A DNA stretch of 64,000 nucleotides. It comes from Octopus bimaculoides. Its lineage: Eukaryota. The number at the start of each line of letters is the position of its first letter. The stretch's first letter is position 1. This document shows, piece by piece, positions 1 through 10,350 of this stretch. The stretch covers positions 90,528,092 through 90,592,091 of the forward strand of contig NC_068989.1 in assembly GCF_001194135.2 (NCBI RefSeq), in the 5' to 3' direction. The position numbers and the translations under genes were made by a program. The notes beneath the pieces are model-generated. The model did no database searches and was not told the origin of the DNA. It was given only the letters and a program-made list of their open reading frames with translations.

Positions 1-218
1 TACTGGCAACGGCCACGCTCGAAATGGTGTCTTTTATGTGCCACCCGCACAAGCCAGTCCAGGGGCACTGGCAACGATCTCGCTCGAAAATCCTACGTAG
101 GCCAGTCAGGCGGTACTGGCAACGGCCACGCTCGAAATGGTGCATCTTATGTGCCACCCGCACAAGAACCAGTCCAGGGGCACTGGCAACGATCTCACTT
201 GGGGTGCCGGGTCTTCTC
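1..218 (-). mobile_element. RTE-clade LINE 3' region: ORF end plus start of the tandem-unit 3'UTR (cut by window edge)
   Basis: Minus strand reads gag aag acc cgg cac ccc aag TGA (EKTRHPK*, stop at 195-197), directly followed by the repeat units seen in other copies. Confidence 0.7.
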
Positions 219-1157
219 GCTTCTTATATAACCATGATTTTTGATGAACTTAAAATAATTATAAATTTATTTTACTACCTACTTTGAACACCTTCATGTA
301 AACTGTTTAAACAAAAAGCCCCTGAGAAGACTGTTTAATTGTATTTTAATACAATTAGGATAACGTNNNNNNNNNNNNNNNNNNNNNNNNNNNNNNNNNN
401 NNNNNNNNNNNNNNNNNNNNNNNNNNNNNNNNNNNNNNNNNNNNNNNNNNNNNNNNNNNNNNNNNNNNNNNNNNNNNNNNNNNNNNNNNNNNNNNNNNNN
501 NNNNNNNNNNNNNNNNNATATATATTTTCTTTTTTTCTAACGTGACTCTCTCTATTTCTATCTCCCCCTCTCATTCTTCCCTCTACTGTTCTTAGCCTCT
601 ACCTGTCACTACTTCTCTCTCTCTCTCTATCTCTTGTCACTCGTCCTTCGCCTCTCACCGTTACTACTACTATCTCTCTCTCTCTCTCTCTACCTCTCGT
701 TGCTCACTTTTATTCTACTTCCTCCCCTCCTTTTCCCTCTGCTACTCTTTCTCTTCACACAGCCTTGGTCACGTGTGTCCGGCTGCTATTTCTTTTCGTT
801 CTTGGAATCACCAAGCTCGCACGTACTTCTTTGCCCCTCCTGTACTAATCAACATCTATTGGTTTATCTGCACCTGAGCACTTAACTGTCAGTGTGCCTT
901 GATGGACAGAAACCCAGATTGAATACTAATAAATCTCATTGATGTAAACATCACATTTCTCATGTTTGAAAAATTATTTACCTGTTTCTTCTAACATAAA
1001 CAGATAACCAGTATCAATATATATCTGTGTGTGTGTGTGTGCACTTATAATGGCTACACCTGGTGAAGTTGGTATGGTATAAGTCTGTTAACCAGGGGCT
1101 CAACACTTTGTTTTTCATCATCACTCACTGCTAATGTTCTGCATTTGTGATCTAGGA

Positions 1158-1346
1158 CAGTGCTCCGCAACCTTTCTTTCAATTGTGGTACACTTATATT
1201 CTTTTCAAAAATTCAGCAGCCCACCTGAACTGAAAACATAACTAAAAGTATAGAGAAAAAAAATTATATTCAGGTTACTCTGTGGCACACCTAGCATCAT
1301 CTTGTGGCACACCAGTGTGTTGCAGCACACCATTTGCGGAGCACTG
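1158..1346. mobile_element. hAT (Charlie-like) MITE
   Basis: Perfect 13-bp TIRs cagtgctccgcaa (1158-1170) / ttgcggagcactg (1334-1346). Degenerate 8-bp flanks atctagga/gtcttggc resemble an NTCTAGAN target. Confidence 0.8.
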
Positions 1347-1362
1347 GTCTTGGCCATCTACC

Positions 1363-1845
1363 TCTCCATCCATTCATTTTCTCCACCCATTATTCCTGGG
1401 TGGGTTGTGGGTGTAGAGTACTCGCTCATCTCTTCCAAAGGGTCCTATCAAAAACAGCTGTTATTACACTTTTCCCATTGGATTCCCAAGCATGAAGAAC
1501 TGAGACCATGAATATTATCCAAATCCCTCATTCTTGGTTCAGCCCTGGGTCTCCTGCCACTTGGCTTGGCTTAGAGAGTCTCCCTTGCAATTCTTCCCCG
1601 TTGCATTCTAATCACATCCACAGCACCAGAGCTGTGATCTCTCAATATGGAAAAGTATCAGCTGAATCCGAGAGACAGCCCGCCTCCCTGATCTCTGTGC
1701 TATGCACCCTGTTGAATAAATGTTATTCCAGAGATCCTTCGGTAGAATCCCATTTTGGCTGCTTGTATTTGCATTTGAGCTCTTTGTCATTACCCAGCAT
1801 TCAATACCAGAGGTGAGGACAGGCAAAACAACTGAATAGGACACG
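1363..1845 (-). mobile_element. RTE/Expander-like LINE, 5'-truncated and frameshifted ORF C-terminus
   Basis: Minus-strand PVLTSGIECWVMT...LFHIERSQL...RM...KPSGRRP...LDNI, ending in a gaaaatgaatggatgga tail. Confidence 0.8.
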
Positions 1846-1873
1846 TGACTCTGAAATGGTTCTGTTTGACTAG

Positions 1874-1878
<5 letters not shown>

Positions 1879-1948
<70 letters not shown>
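1879..1948. repeat. (TA)n microsatellite
   Basis: Perfect dinucleotide run. Confidence 0.95.
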
Positions 1949-1952
<4 letters not shown>

Positions 1953-1970
1953 CAGTGGCTGTGTATATTA

Positions 1971-2352
1971 TTTACTCTTATACTTGTTTTAGTCATTTGT
2001 CTGCAGCCATGCTGGAGCAACGCCTTTAGTCGAACAAATCGACCCCAGGACTTATTCTTTGTAAGCCTGGTACTTATTCTGTCCGTCACTTTTGTCGAAC
2101 CACTAAGTTATGGGGAAGTAAACACACCAACATCGGTTGTCAAGAGATGTTTGAGGGGACAAACACAGACACACAAACATATCTATCTATCTATCTACAT
2201 ATATACGATGGGCTTCTTTCAGTTTCTGTCTACCAAATCCACTCACAAGGCTTTGGTTGGCCTGAGGCTAGAGTAGAAAACACTTGCCCAAGGTGTCCCA
2301 CAGTGGGACTGAACCTGTGGTTGGGAAGCAAGCATCTTACCACACAGCCACT
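1971..2352 (-). mobile_element. Family A: tRNA-headed CORE-like SINE with an internal microsatellite
   Basis: Colinear with 22361-22764 and 33521-33920. Head (tggctgtgtggtaag...ttcagtcccac), ccttgggcaagtg CORE-like block and tail ...gactgaaacaagtaaaagagta. Confidence 0.85.
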
Positions 2353-2858
2353 ACTGTGCTTTCATATATTTTATATATTCAGTAGCCATGTATAAGCCTT
2401 GTACATTTAAATATACATCCTAACTGTAAGATACAACTTATTCTGTAAGCATCTATTCTTTGTAATGTTGTGATCAAATCTTCCCATGAATCTCATTTGG
2501 AGATGGATGGAAGGATTCTGCTAATCAGATTTGCCCAAGAACCACTGTGAAGATGAAGTCTTTAAGTACTGGCTTTGTTACCCCCCAAAAAGGGTTGATG
2601 GGACATGATAGTTGTGCAGCTGGTGGGGTAGTGGAGGTGGTCAGCTTTGGGTGACACATCTGTGGGGATGGCATTTTAAGAGGGAATAACTGTGCAATAT
2701 GTACCTTCTATTGGGCCCAGGGTGGGCTGCCCCAGGCAGCACACACTCTAGCTACTCCATTGGGATATAGGACTTATTTGGGATATGTATGCCCAAATGC
2801 TGTGTTAGGGTTTATCATCTTTGTTCTTCGTAATTTATTTTCTTGTTGTCTTTTTCAG

Positions 2859-5351
2859 AAACTGGCTGAGTCTCGAGACTCTCTGCTGAAACAGATTGAA
2901 CTCCTAAACACCCAGTATGAGCAGATACAAGAAGAACACTTCTCTTTATGGAGTAAGCGTTCAAAAAAACCGATGTCTTCATCTCCAAGAGCAAAGCGGA
3001 AATTTGACACCTTGCCTCAGGACATAGAGTCAGCGTCCCGAAGTCTGGTGGAAATCAGCCGAGCGAAGGGTTGCTATGACAACGAAGAGAAAACCTGCAC
3101 AAAGCTGGATTGCCAAGGCTACCGCAAACGTTACGAAATAGCCCTGAAAATTTTAACGGAGAAAGGACTCACTTCATTGGACAATATATCAGAAAAATCC
3201 TCATTCGAAGTAGATTCTTTGGATGGTTCAGCAAGCATGGGAGACCAACCAAGGGAGGAGCTATCCATGGAACTGCAAGATGAATACAATGAACTCATGG
3301 AACGGACTGTTACTGAACCTGTGCTTAGCTCCACTTTCCAGAGGAAAAGCAGTCCTGAGCTGCAATGTTCCAACTGTATCAGTTTAGCAGAAGAGAGACT
3401 GTCTTTGAAAAAACGTCTAAGTACTCAACTTGAACTTTTTGGTAAGGAACGCTTCCATCTTCTGAGTCGGTGTGAGAACCTCTCCAATGAACTGGAGAAT
3501 GTCCAACTGACTCGGGACCAGCTGCAGACTGAGTTGAATATCACAAAGGAAGTCCAACGGGGACAAGACAGACATCCATCTGAGGTGGAGCTGACAGGTA
3601 TTAAAGTGAAACTAGCCAACACTGAAGACCAAGTGGTGTTCTACCAGAATAAACTTAGTCAGTCTGAGGTTGAGCATCAGGAGTTGAAATCAAAGATAAA
3701 CGAGCTGTTTGTAAAAGTGATTGACCAGCAGCATTATATTAATAATCTTGAAGAAGAATATACTAGATCTCGTGATGCCTGGAACCACAAAGGAACAATG
3801 ACCTCAATGGACAATGGTAAAATTGAGTTGGCTCCTGTAGTGGGCCGTCGTCATTCAGAACCAAATAACAATGTCTACGACGTAGATCATGAAATGGAAC
3901 ATTGTCATCCAATACCACAACATTTGTCTCAGTCCAGCAACAACATTTCCTTAGAATCCAATTTCGCCAACATTCCACAGATGCCATGTCTGAAATCCCC
4001 CAAATCTGATCGTGAGACATCCCCAGATTCTTTGAATAAGTCCTCATTGTCTGATAATTCAAGTCCGGCTGGGGATAGAGACAATTGGATTAACTATCAT
4101 TCAGAGCATTCGAATAGAAATAATTCCAGTCCAGCCCTGAACCAAAGTGATAGATACAGTGACAGCCTTGCGTCTCCGCCCAAATTAACCAGATCGACCC
4201 AGTCTAGTCCGTCTTTGTTGTTACTGAATAAAGAATTTCATGAGTCTGAAAAAATCCTGTCTGAGTTTCAACTAGATCAAGGATCCTTCTTATTTGTTCA
4301 AGACAAACAAATTGAACTTATTGATGAGATAGCGGAGTTGAGACGGTCACTTTTACAAAGTAAAGAGGACCATGTGAAAGAGATAGCCACCATGAAGGAG
4401 GAAATTGACCGATTTAAAAAAGTAAAAGGAATCGGTGATGATCAGAATTTGTTGGATATTTTTGCCAGCACTGATACCATTTCTCTTTCTGTTGATGTTG
4501 TTGACCTTCGAGAAAAAGTTTCATTGCTTCGAGAAACCTGTAACAGATTGACAGAAGACAACAAGGATCTGCAGAAGAAACTGTACAATCAAGAGTGTCT
4601 TGTGATGAAGGCTAAAATGCTACAGGCGAATCCGAAACATTCTGTGACTGCTGAAGATTTAGAGACATCTTTTGGTAGCCAACTATTGCTACTTCAGAAA
4701 CACCGTGATGAGCTCGCTGACAAACTCAGTGAAGAGAGACTGCTTGAGAACCAATTCGCAGAAGTTGTAGCAGCCAAAACCAGCCTCGATGAGCATCTCC
4801 ATCGAGAGAAGGAGCGTGTCCAGCAACTGACTGAGAAAGTGCAGATAGCTGAGGCTGAGTTGTTCAGCAAGAAGGCTGAGTGTGATTATATGTTGCAGCA
4901 ACAGTTGCGGCTGGAAGAACTCATCAGAGACAAGGAAGAGGTGGAGAAACAACTGATGGCGGACAAGTTCATCCTTGAATCCCAACTGACACAGACAAAC
5001 TATGAACTGGAGACGAAAGAGAGACTTCTTCGGGACATAGAACAACGCGTAAACAAATGTGCCAACGAGATCAGTTCAGAGACAGGTGTCACTGCTGGCA
5101 ACGACAATCAACTAAATGATATAGAACTGCAAGAGAGGTTTACACAAGAACTTAATGAAGCCAAATTAGTTATTGAGAAACAGAACATTGACAGGCTGGA
5201 AGCTCTGCGCAAGGACATGGATGAACATCACAAGCGTGCTGTGGAGTACCTACGCCAACAACTGCGCAGTGACTTCAGCATGCGGGAGTCCCGCCTTGAG
5301 GAACATCATTCAGCTCACGTTGCCAGTCTTCATTCCATCCATGCAGAACAG
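2859..5351 (+). CDS. Giant internal coding exon (831 codons) of a large coiled-coil protein (KLAESRDSLLKQIE...SIHAEQ)
   Basis: Stop-free 870-aa ORF (2760-5372) with heptad-rich E/L/K/Q segments and a Ser/Asn-rich middle. Acceptor ttttcttgttgtctttttcag|AAA at 2858/2859; donor CAG|gtgcag at 5351/5352, followed by AT-rich intron-like DNA. Phase 0 at both ends. Confidence 0.9.
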
Positions 5352-5591
5352 GTGCAGCATTCTTGTTCTTAATATTCTTGTTTCCATCTTTCTAACCAAA
5401 TTCTTCTCTTGTCATTTCTTCATCTATAATAATTCTTTTGTCTAATTTTTTTCATTCTCTTTGTTATTTTATTTTATTTTTAATGTTTAAAAAAAAAAAA
5501 ACGGACTGACCTAACAATATATTTTTATTTACTTTTTTATGTTGTTAATAATTTTGTTGTTGTTTAGTTTTAGTTTTATTAATACTTTTGT

Positions 5592-5810
5592 TAGGGCAGT
5601 AGATCATAGAATTGGTAGAGCAGCGAACAAGATGCCTCGTTTTATTTAGTCCCTCCCTTTCACATTTTGAATTCAAAATCCTTTGCCATAGCTGTCATTG
5701 ACTTTCATCTTTCAAGGGTTGATAAAATAAGTACCAGTCATGTTTTGGGGTCATTTAATTTATTATTCATCTCCTTCAAAATACACGGCTTTGTGCTTGC
5801 AACAGAAATT
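5592..5810 (+). mobile_element. Family B tRNA-headed SINE, degenerate
   Basis: Contains gactttcatctttcaagggttgataaaataagtaccag, a variant of the family B core gcctttcatcctttcggggtcgataaa. Confidence 0.65.
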
Positions 5811-6019
5811 TGTTCTCTCTTCTGTCCTTCCATACCTGCTGATGTGCTGGCATTGAGAGGAATCAGCCTAGTTGAGCCCTTGCTTAAGGACTTCTCAAAC
5901 CTGTCACAGTGTTTGATGGATCCTGACGGATCCACTTTTTCCTAATGACAGCAGGTATGATTTGAACTTAGAATCCACAGAGCTGAAACAGATTCTACAA
6001 TTCATCCACCCTCATCTCT

Positions 6020-6150
6020 AGACTGTCTCTTCATTTATCAACCCTAACTGGTGAAAGGCAAAGTCAACCCTGTTTGAATTTAATCTCAGAACAACAAAAG
6101 CCAAAACGAATTCTACAGGCATTCTCTCTGCCATTCTTACGACCCTGCTG
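6020..6150 (-). mobile_element. Family B SINE fragment
   Basis: atttatcaacc...gaaaggcaaagtcaacc...gaatttaatctcagaac matches other copies. Confidence 0.6.
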
Positions 6151-6312
6151 ACTTGATAGGATATTTTATTTTTTAAACATTTGCTTGAAGGTAGGTGAAC
6201 TTCTACACTTTTCATTTTGTTTTACGTTTATTATTGGAACAATTTTCTATAATTTTTAAACTTAATTTACAGATTTTTGCTGGGTTAATGTAGTAAGAAT
6301 ATCAATGGATAT

Positions 6313-6354
<42 letters not shown>

Positions 6355-6434
6355 ATGCATAACCCCTTGCTAGCACGGGGAAAATCCCACTTAAACATGT
6401 AAACACATACACAATCACTGTATCAATCAAACTA

Positions 6435-6680
6435 TCAGATGTTGTTGTACATCGCTGGTCACAGTGCGCTTCCTTGCACTGTGGTAGCTTTCAAATGATG
6501 CCACCCCACTTGGTTACGCTGGCAGGCCAACATGACCCCTGCACAGAATGCCGGTCTGTCACAAGGTCATCTAGTTACAGCAGAGTGCACTGGAGCAAGA
6601 ATGCAGTGCCCCAGCAATCTGGGAATTGGCACCATGATCTTGCATTCTTGAGTGCACCGCTTTAACCACTAAGCTATGTG
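6435..6680 (-). mobile_element. tRNA-headed SINE (family H), degenerate
   Basis: Reverse complement matches 24040-24315 (gtggggtggca...gaaagct...tgtgaccagcgatgtayaacaacat). Confidence 0.7.
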
Positions 6681-6899
6681 CACCCAGACACACACCCACC
6701 CACCCTTTTGCATACATTATGAGGATGTTTTATGGTTTGTACCAAACATACAAGTTATTTTTCAATTCCTATTTCCAAAAACTCAATATATTGGGTCTGT
6801 GATGTGTAACATACATGTAATTAGCTTCTATATTTATTTTTCAATGTGTTTTTATATAGATATGTCTGTTGTATACATGTTTATGTTATGTAACTTTCA

Positions 6900-7348
6900 C
6901 CAGTATCGCATAACCAGCCCATTCAAAAGTACCTTGGATTGTAAGGTGACATGCCGTGCTTGAGGAGACATATTGAGTCAAGTACAACATCAACACCAAA
7001 ATCAAATGGAAATTGTAGTTGTGATCCCCGTGCTGGTGGTACGTAAAAAGCACCATCCGAATGTGGCTGATTCCAGCACTGTTTTGATTGGTTTCCCTGC
7101 TGGTGGCACGTAAAAAGCGCCAACCACTCGAGGTCGTTGGCAGCTCCCTCTGGCCCCTGTGTTGGTGGCACGTAAAAGGCATCCACTGCACTCTCGGAGT
7201 GGTTGGCGTTAGGAAGGGCATCTGCAGTAGAAACACTGCCAGATCAGATTGGATCCTGGTGCAGCCTCCTGGCTTCCCAGACCCCAGTCAAACCGTCCAA
7301 CCCATGGCAGCATGGAAAACGGACGTTAAACGATGATGGTGATAATGA
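6900..7348 (+). mobile_element. RTE-LINE 3'UTR copy (5'-truncated) with three tandem units
   Basis: gtgctggtggyacgtaaaaag x3, then gtggttggcgttaggaagggcatc and the tail ccaacccatggcagcatggaaaacggacgttaaacgatgatg. Confidence 0.85.
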
Positions 7349-7540
7349 AGCCAAATAATTTGCCAAAGTACTATTGAAAAATGGTACTTTGTCAAATCTT
7401 TAGGTTATCACAAAAATGTTTGCATACAATGATATTAGCAGCAAGATGTATTTTCATTTGTGTGTTAAGAATATACTTTTATGTGCATGTGTGAAAAGAG
7501 GTTAATGTGCTAATGTGTAATATATATGCAAGCTTGTATA

Positions 7541-7570
<30 letters not shown>

Positions 7571-7573
<3 letters not shown>

Positions 7574-7790
7574 GAAGCGCAATGGCCGAGTGGTCAGGGC
7601 AGTGAACTCATGGTTGTAGAATCGTAGTGTCGATTCCTAGACTGGGCGTTGTGTTTATTGAGCGAAAACGCTTAAAAGCTCTGAGGCTCTGGCAGGGGTT
7701 GTTGGTGAACCCTGCTGTACTCTTTCACCGCAACTTTCTCTCACTCTTTCTTCCTGTTTCTCTTGTATCTATATTTCAAAGGGGCCAGCC
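7571..7790 (+). mobile_element. Family C tRNA-derived SINE (head and body)
   Basis: A box tggccgagtgg, B-box-like gtgtcgattcc, then a non-tRNA body. Its tatttcaaaggggccagcc end is shared with the SINE at 48913-49218. Confidence 0.75.
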
Positions 7791-8050
7791 TCCATGAATA
7801 CTTCACCCTTCCTATTTGAGGGGGTCTTGTCTTGTGAATTACTTGGTAGTCTCTGTGCTGCTGGTGCCACGTAAAATGCACCCAGTACACTCTGTAAAGT
7901 GGTTGGACTTAGGAAGGGCATTGAGCTGTAGAAACCATCCAAACTAGATATTGGAGTTTGACACAATCCTCTGGTTCATCTATTTCTGTTGAACTGTCTA
8001 ACCCATGTCAGCATATAGAACAGGCATTAAATGGCGATGGTGATGATATT
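7790..8050 (+). mobile_element. RTE-tail element, subtype R3
   Basis: gtgccacgtaaaatgcacccagtacactctgtaaagtggttgg...aggaagggc...aacccatgtcagcat; matches the reverse complement of 20511-20792. Confidence 0.75.
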
Positions 8051-8221
8051 ATTTTTTTTATTAAGCTGTAAAGCTACACAGATAATACCAGAATTGAGAG
8101 ATTCCTGTGTTGCCTTTGTCTAACTTGGTTTGATAAATGCAGTGCATGAAACTCTGTCCTTGTTGCTTTACAACCAGCAGTTAATTAATATATATCAGGA
8201 TAATATTAACTCACACACACA

Positions 8222-8547
8222 CTAATCAAATGGAAACTGTAGTAAATCAATCTCAATCAAATGGGAACTGTAGTTATGGTCCCTGTGCTGGTGGCACATA
8301 AAAAGCCCCATCCAAACGTGGTCGATGCCAGCCCCCTTGCTCTGACAGGCTTCTGTGCCGGTGGCATGTAAAAAGCACCCACTACACTCTCGGAGTGGTT
8401 GGTGTTAGGAAGGGCATCCAGCTGTAGAAACACTGCCAGATCAGATTGGAACCTAGTGCAACCTCCTGGCTGTCCAAACCCCAGTTGAACTGTCCAATCC
8501 ATGCCAGTATGGAAAACAGACGTTAAACGATGATGATGATGACGATG
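8222..8547 (+). mobile_element. RTE-LINE 3'UTR copy with two tandem units
   Basis: Same unit, motif and tail order; ends ggaaaacagacgttaaacgatgatgatgatgacgatg. Confidence 0.85.
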
Positions 8548-8717
8548 CTTGCATATGTTAAATGCATCAATATGTGCTTGTAATAGTGTGTGTTGTAAGT
8601 AATTGCTACATAATTAGATCCTCACCAGTGTTTTACAGAGATAATTTCTAATTTCCAGAGTTAGAAAGAAAAATACTGGATCGTTAGAAATGTTTAGGGT
8701 CATGTGACAAATGATGT

Positions 8718-8935
8718 CAGATTGGTACAGATTGGTACAGATTGGTCAGATTGGTCAGATTGGTCAGATTGGTCAGATTGGTCAGATTGGTCAGATTGGT
8801 CAGATTGGTCAGATTGGTCAGATTGGTCAGATTGGTCAGATTGGTCAGATTGGTCAGATTGGTCAGATTGGTCAGATTGGTCAGATTGGTCAGATTGGTC
8901 AGATTGGTCAGATTGGTCAGATTGGTCAGATTGGT
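8718..8935. repeat. Minisatellite (CAGATTGGT)22 preceded by two 10-nt variants
   Basis: Units counted directly: 8718-8737 two cagattggta, 8738-8935 22 perfect 9-mers. Confidence 0.95.
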
Positions 8936-9217
8936 ACAGTTGACTGTCTATGACTCAGCAGAAGGTTCTGGCTGTGCATTACTCAGGGTAGATATTATCC
9001 TGAATATGTAGCTACCCAGCTTCACTTGTTTTCCTGCAACACCTTTACTGACCAGTCTTGCATGTCAAAACCATAGAACATCTGTGCTGACTCACAAGAT
9101 TTACTGACCAGTTTGTCTAACTGACCAGATCTCAGGATAGCATCTTTCTGGACAAACTAGTTCTACTACATCATAAGATTTAGTCCGATGTACTAATGAT
9201 TCTGCCAGCTAACTGCT

Positions 9218-9262
<45 letters not shown>

Positions 9263-9599
9263 GCTGAGATGAAGAGTGTGATTTGATTGTAATAGATATT
9301 TTATTGGTTGAAAGTTATTTCAACTGTAAGTTTGTCTTTCTCAAGTTCAAAATAAAAAGTGATGAAAATTCAAAATTATAGAAATTTAAATTTAGAGTAT
9401 GGATGAGGGCAACCAGCGTCCATACGTTGATGGAACGACATCATCAGTTTTTAAGTTACAATTTTATAACAGGCGAAAAGAAAAAGACAGAAAAAAATAG
9501 AAAAAAAAAAAAGACGACAGAAAAAAAGGAAAGAAAAAGAGAGAAAGATGAATATTCAATCAAACAGTTTTGTATAAATTTGATGATATTCTCCTGTCA

Positions 9600-9900
9600 T
9601 CTTATTCATTTTTCCAGGGCGTGATGTTGATAACCCGCAAACATATTTCTACTCATACATTCTGAGAAGTGAAAGTGAAGCAGATTCAGAATATTTTTTG
9701 AGAATGTGCACTTTCAAGTCTTCTTCAAAATTGCAGCCGCTTGAAACGAAATGTTCAGCAAGTTCTTCCGAACTACTGTTATTGTGCCTGACGTCGAATC
9801 TGTGCCCATGGGAATCTTTACATGTTCCACCTTCTGTATAAATCATAACATTTCTATTATGATTTCTGATGGAATTCACTTCACTCATGTTGCACAATGA
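9600..9900 (-). mobile_element. Penelope-like element GIY-YIG endonuclease remnant
   Basis: Minus strand HGHRFDVRHNNSSSEELAEHFVSSGCNFEEDLKVHILKK...RMYE*KYVCGLSTSRPGKMN. Resembles the H(R)xDIR...VAxHF...C...DLKV.IL...E..WI..L.T..P.GLN C-terminal pattern; contains an in-frame stop. Confidence 0.75.
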
Positions 9901-9990
9901 ACAGGGCTTACTTCTCTTGTGGCTGTTCTTTAAGGTACAGTGTGCAGATACTCCAATGTTTGTTTCCTTGGAGTCAGAAATAGAATTAAA

Positions 9991-10040
<50 letters not shown>

Positions 10041-10045
<5 letters not shown>

Positions 10046-10350
10046 CCTTTCTACTAAAGACACAAGGCCTGAAATTTTGCGGGAGGGGACTAATTGATTA
10101 CATTGACCCAGTGTTTCACTGGTACTTGGTTTATCAACCCTTATAGGTTGATAGGCAAAGTCGACCTTGAATAATAAAAATAATAATAACAATAATAATG
10201 ATAATAATAATAATGATAGCAATAACTAGCATCCTTCTATGCACAAGGCCTGAAATTTTAGGGAGTGGGCTAGTTGATTAAATTGATCCAAGTGTTCAAT
10301 TGGTCCTTATTTCATCATTCCCTGAAAAGATGAAAGGCAGTGGAACTTGA
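10041..10350 (-). mobile_element. Two tandem truncated family B SINEs embedded in (AAT)n
   Basis: aatcctttctactaaagacacaaggcctgaaatt... at 10041, repeated near 10221, with AAT runs before and between the two copies. Confidence 0.75.

Noticed and set aside
2760-2858. 5' extension of the 870-aa ORF from a TTG start
   Set aside because: It is hydrophobic, pyrimidine-rich sequence ending in a strong acceptor, so it is read as intron; no evidence for a start codon here.
5831-5959. 11-bp inverted repeat catacctgctg/cagcaggtatg
   Set aside because: It is short, has no TSD and no second copy, so it is compatible with chance.
7571-7645. tRNA-like sequence (also 61043-61126 and 49160-49218)
   Set aside because: A/B boxes are present, but there is no acceptor stem and the sequence continues into SINE bodies.
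8704-9011. ORFs (DWS)n, (QIG)n and (RLV)n
   Set aside because: They are the three frames of a stop-free 9-bp repeat; there are no flanking splice or coding signals.
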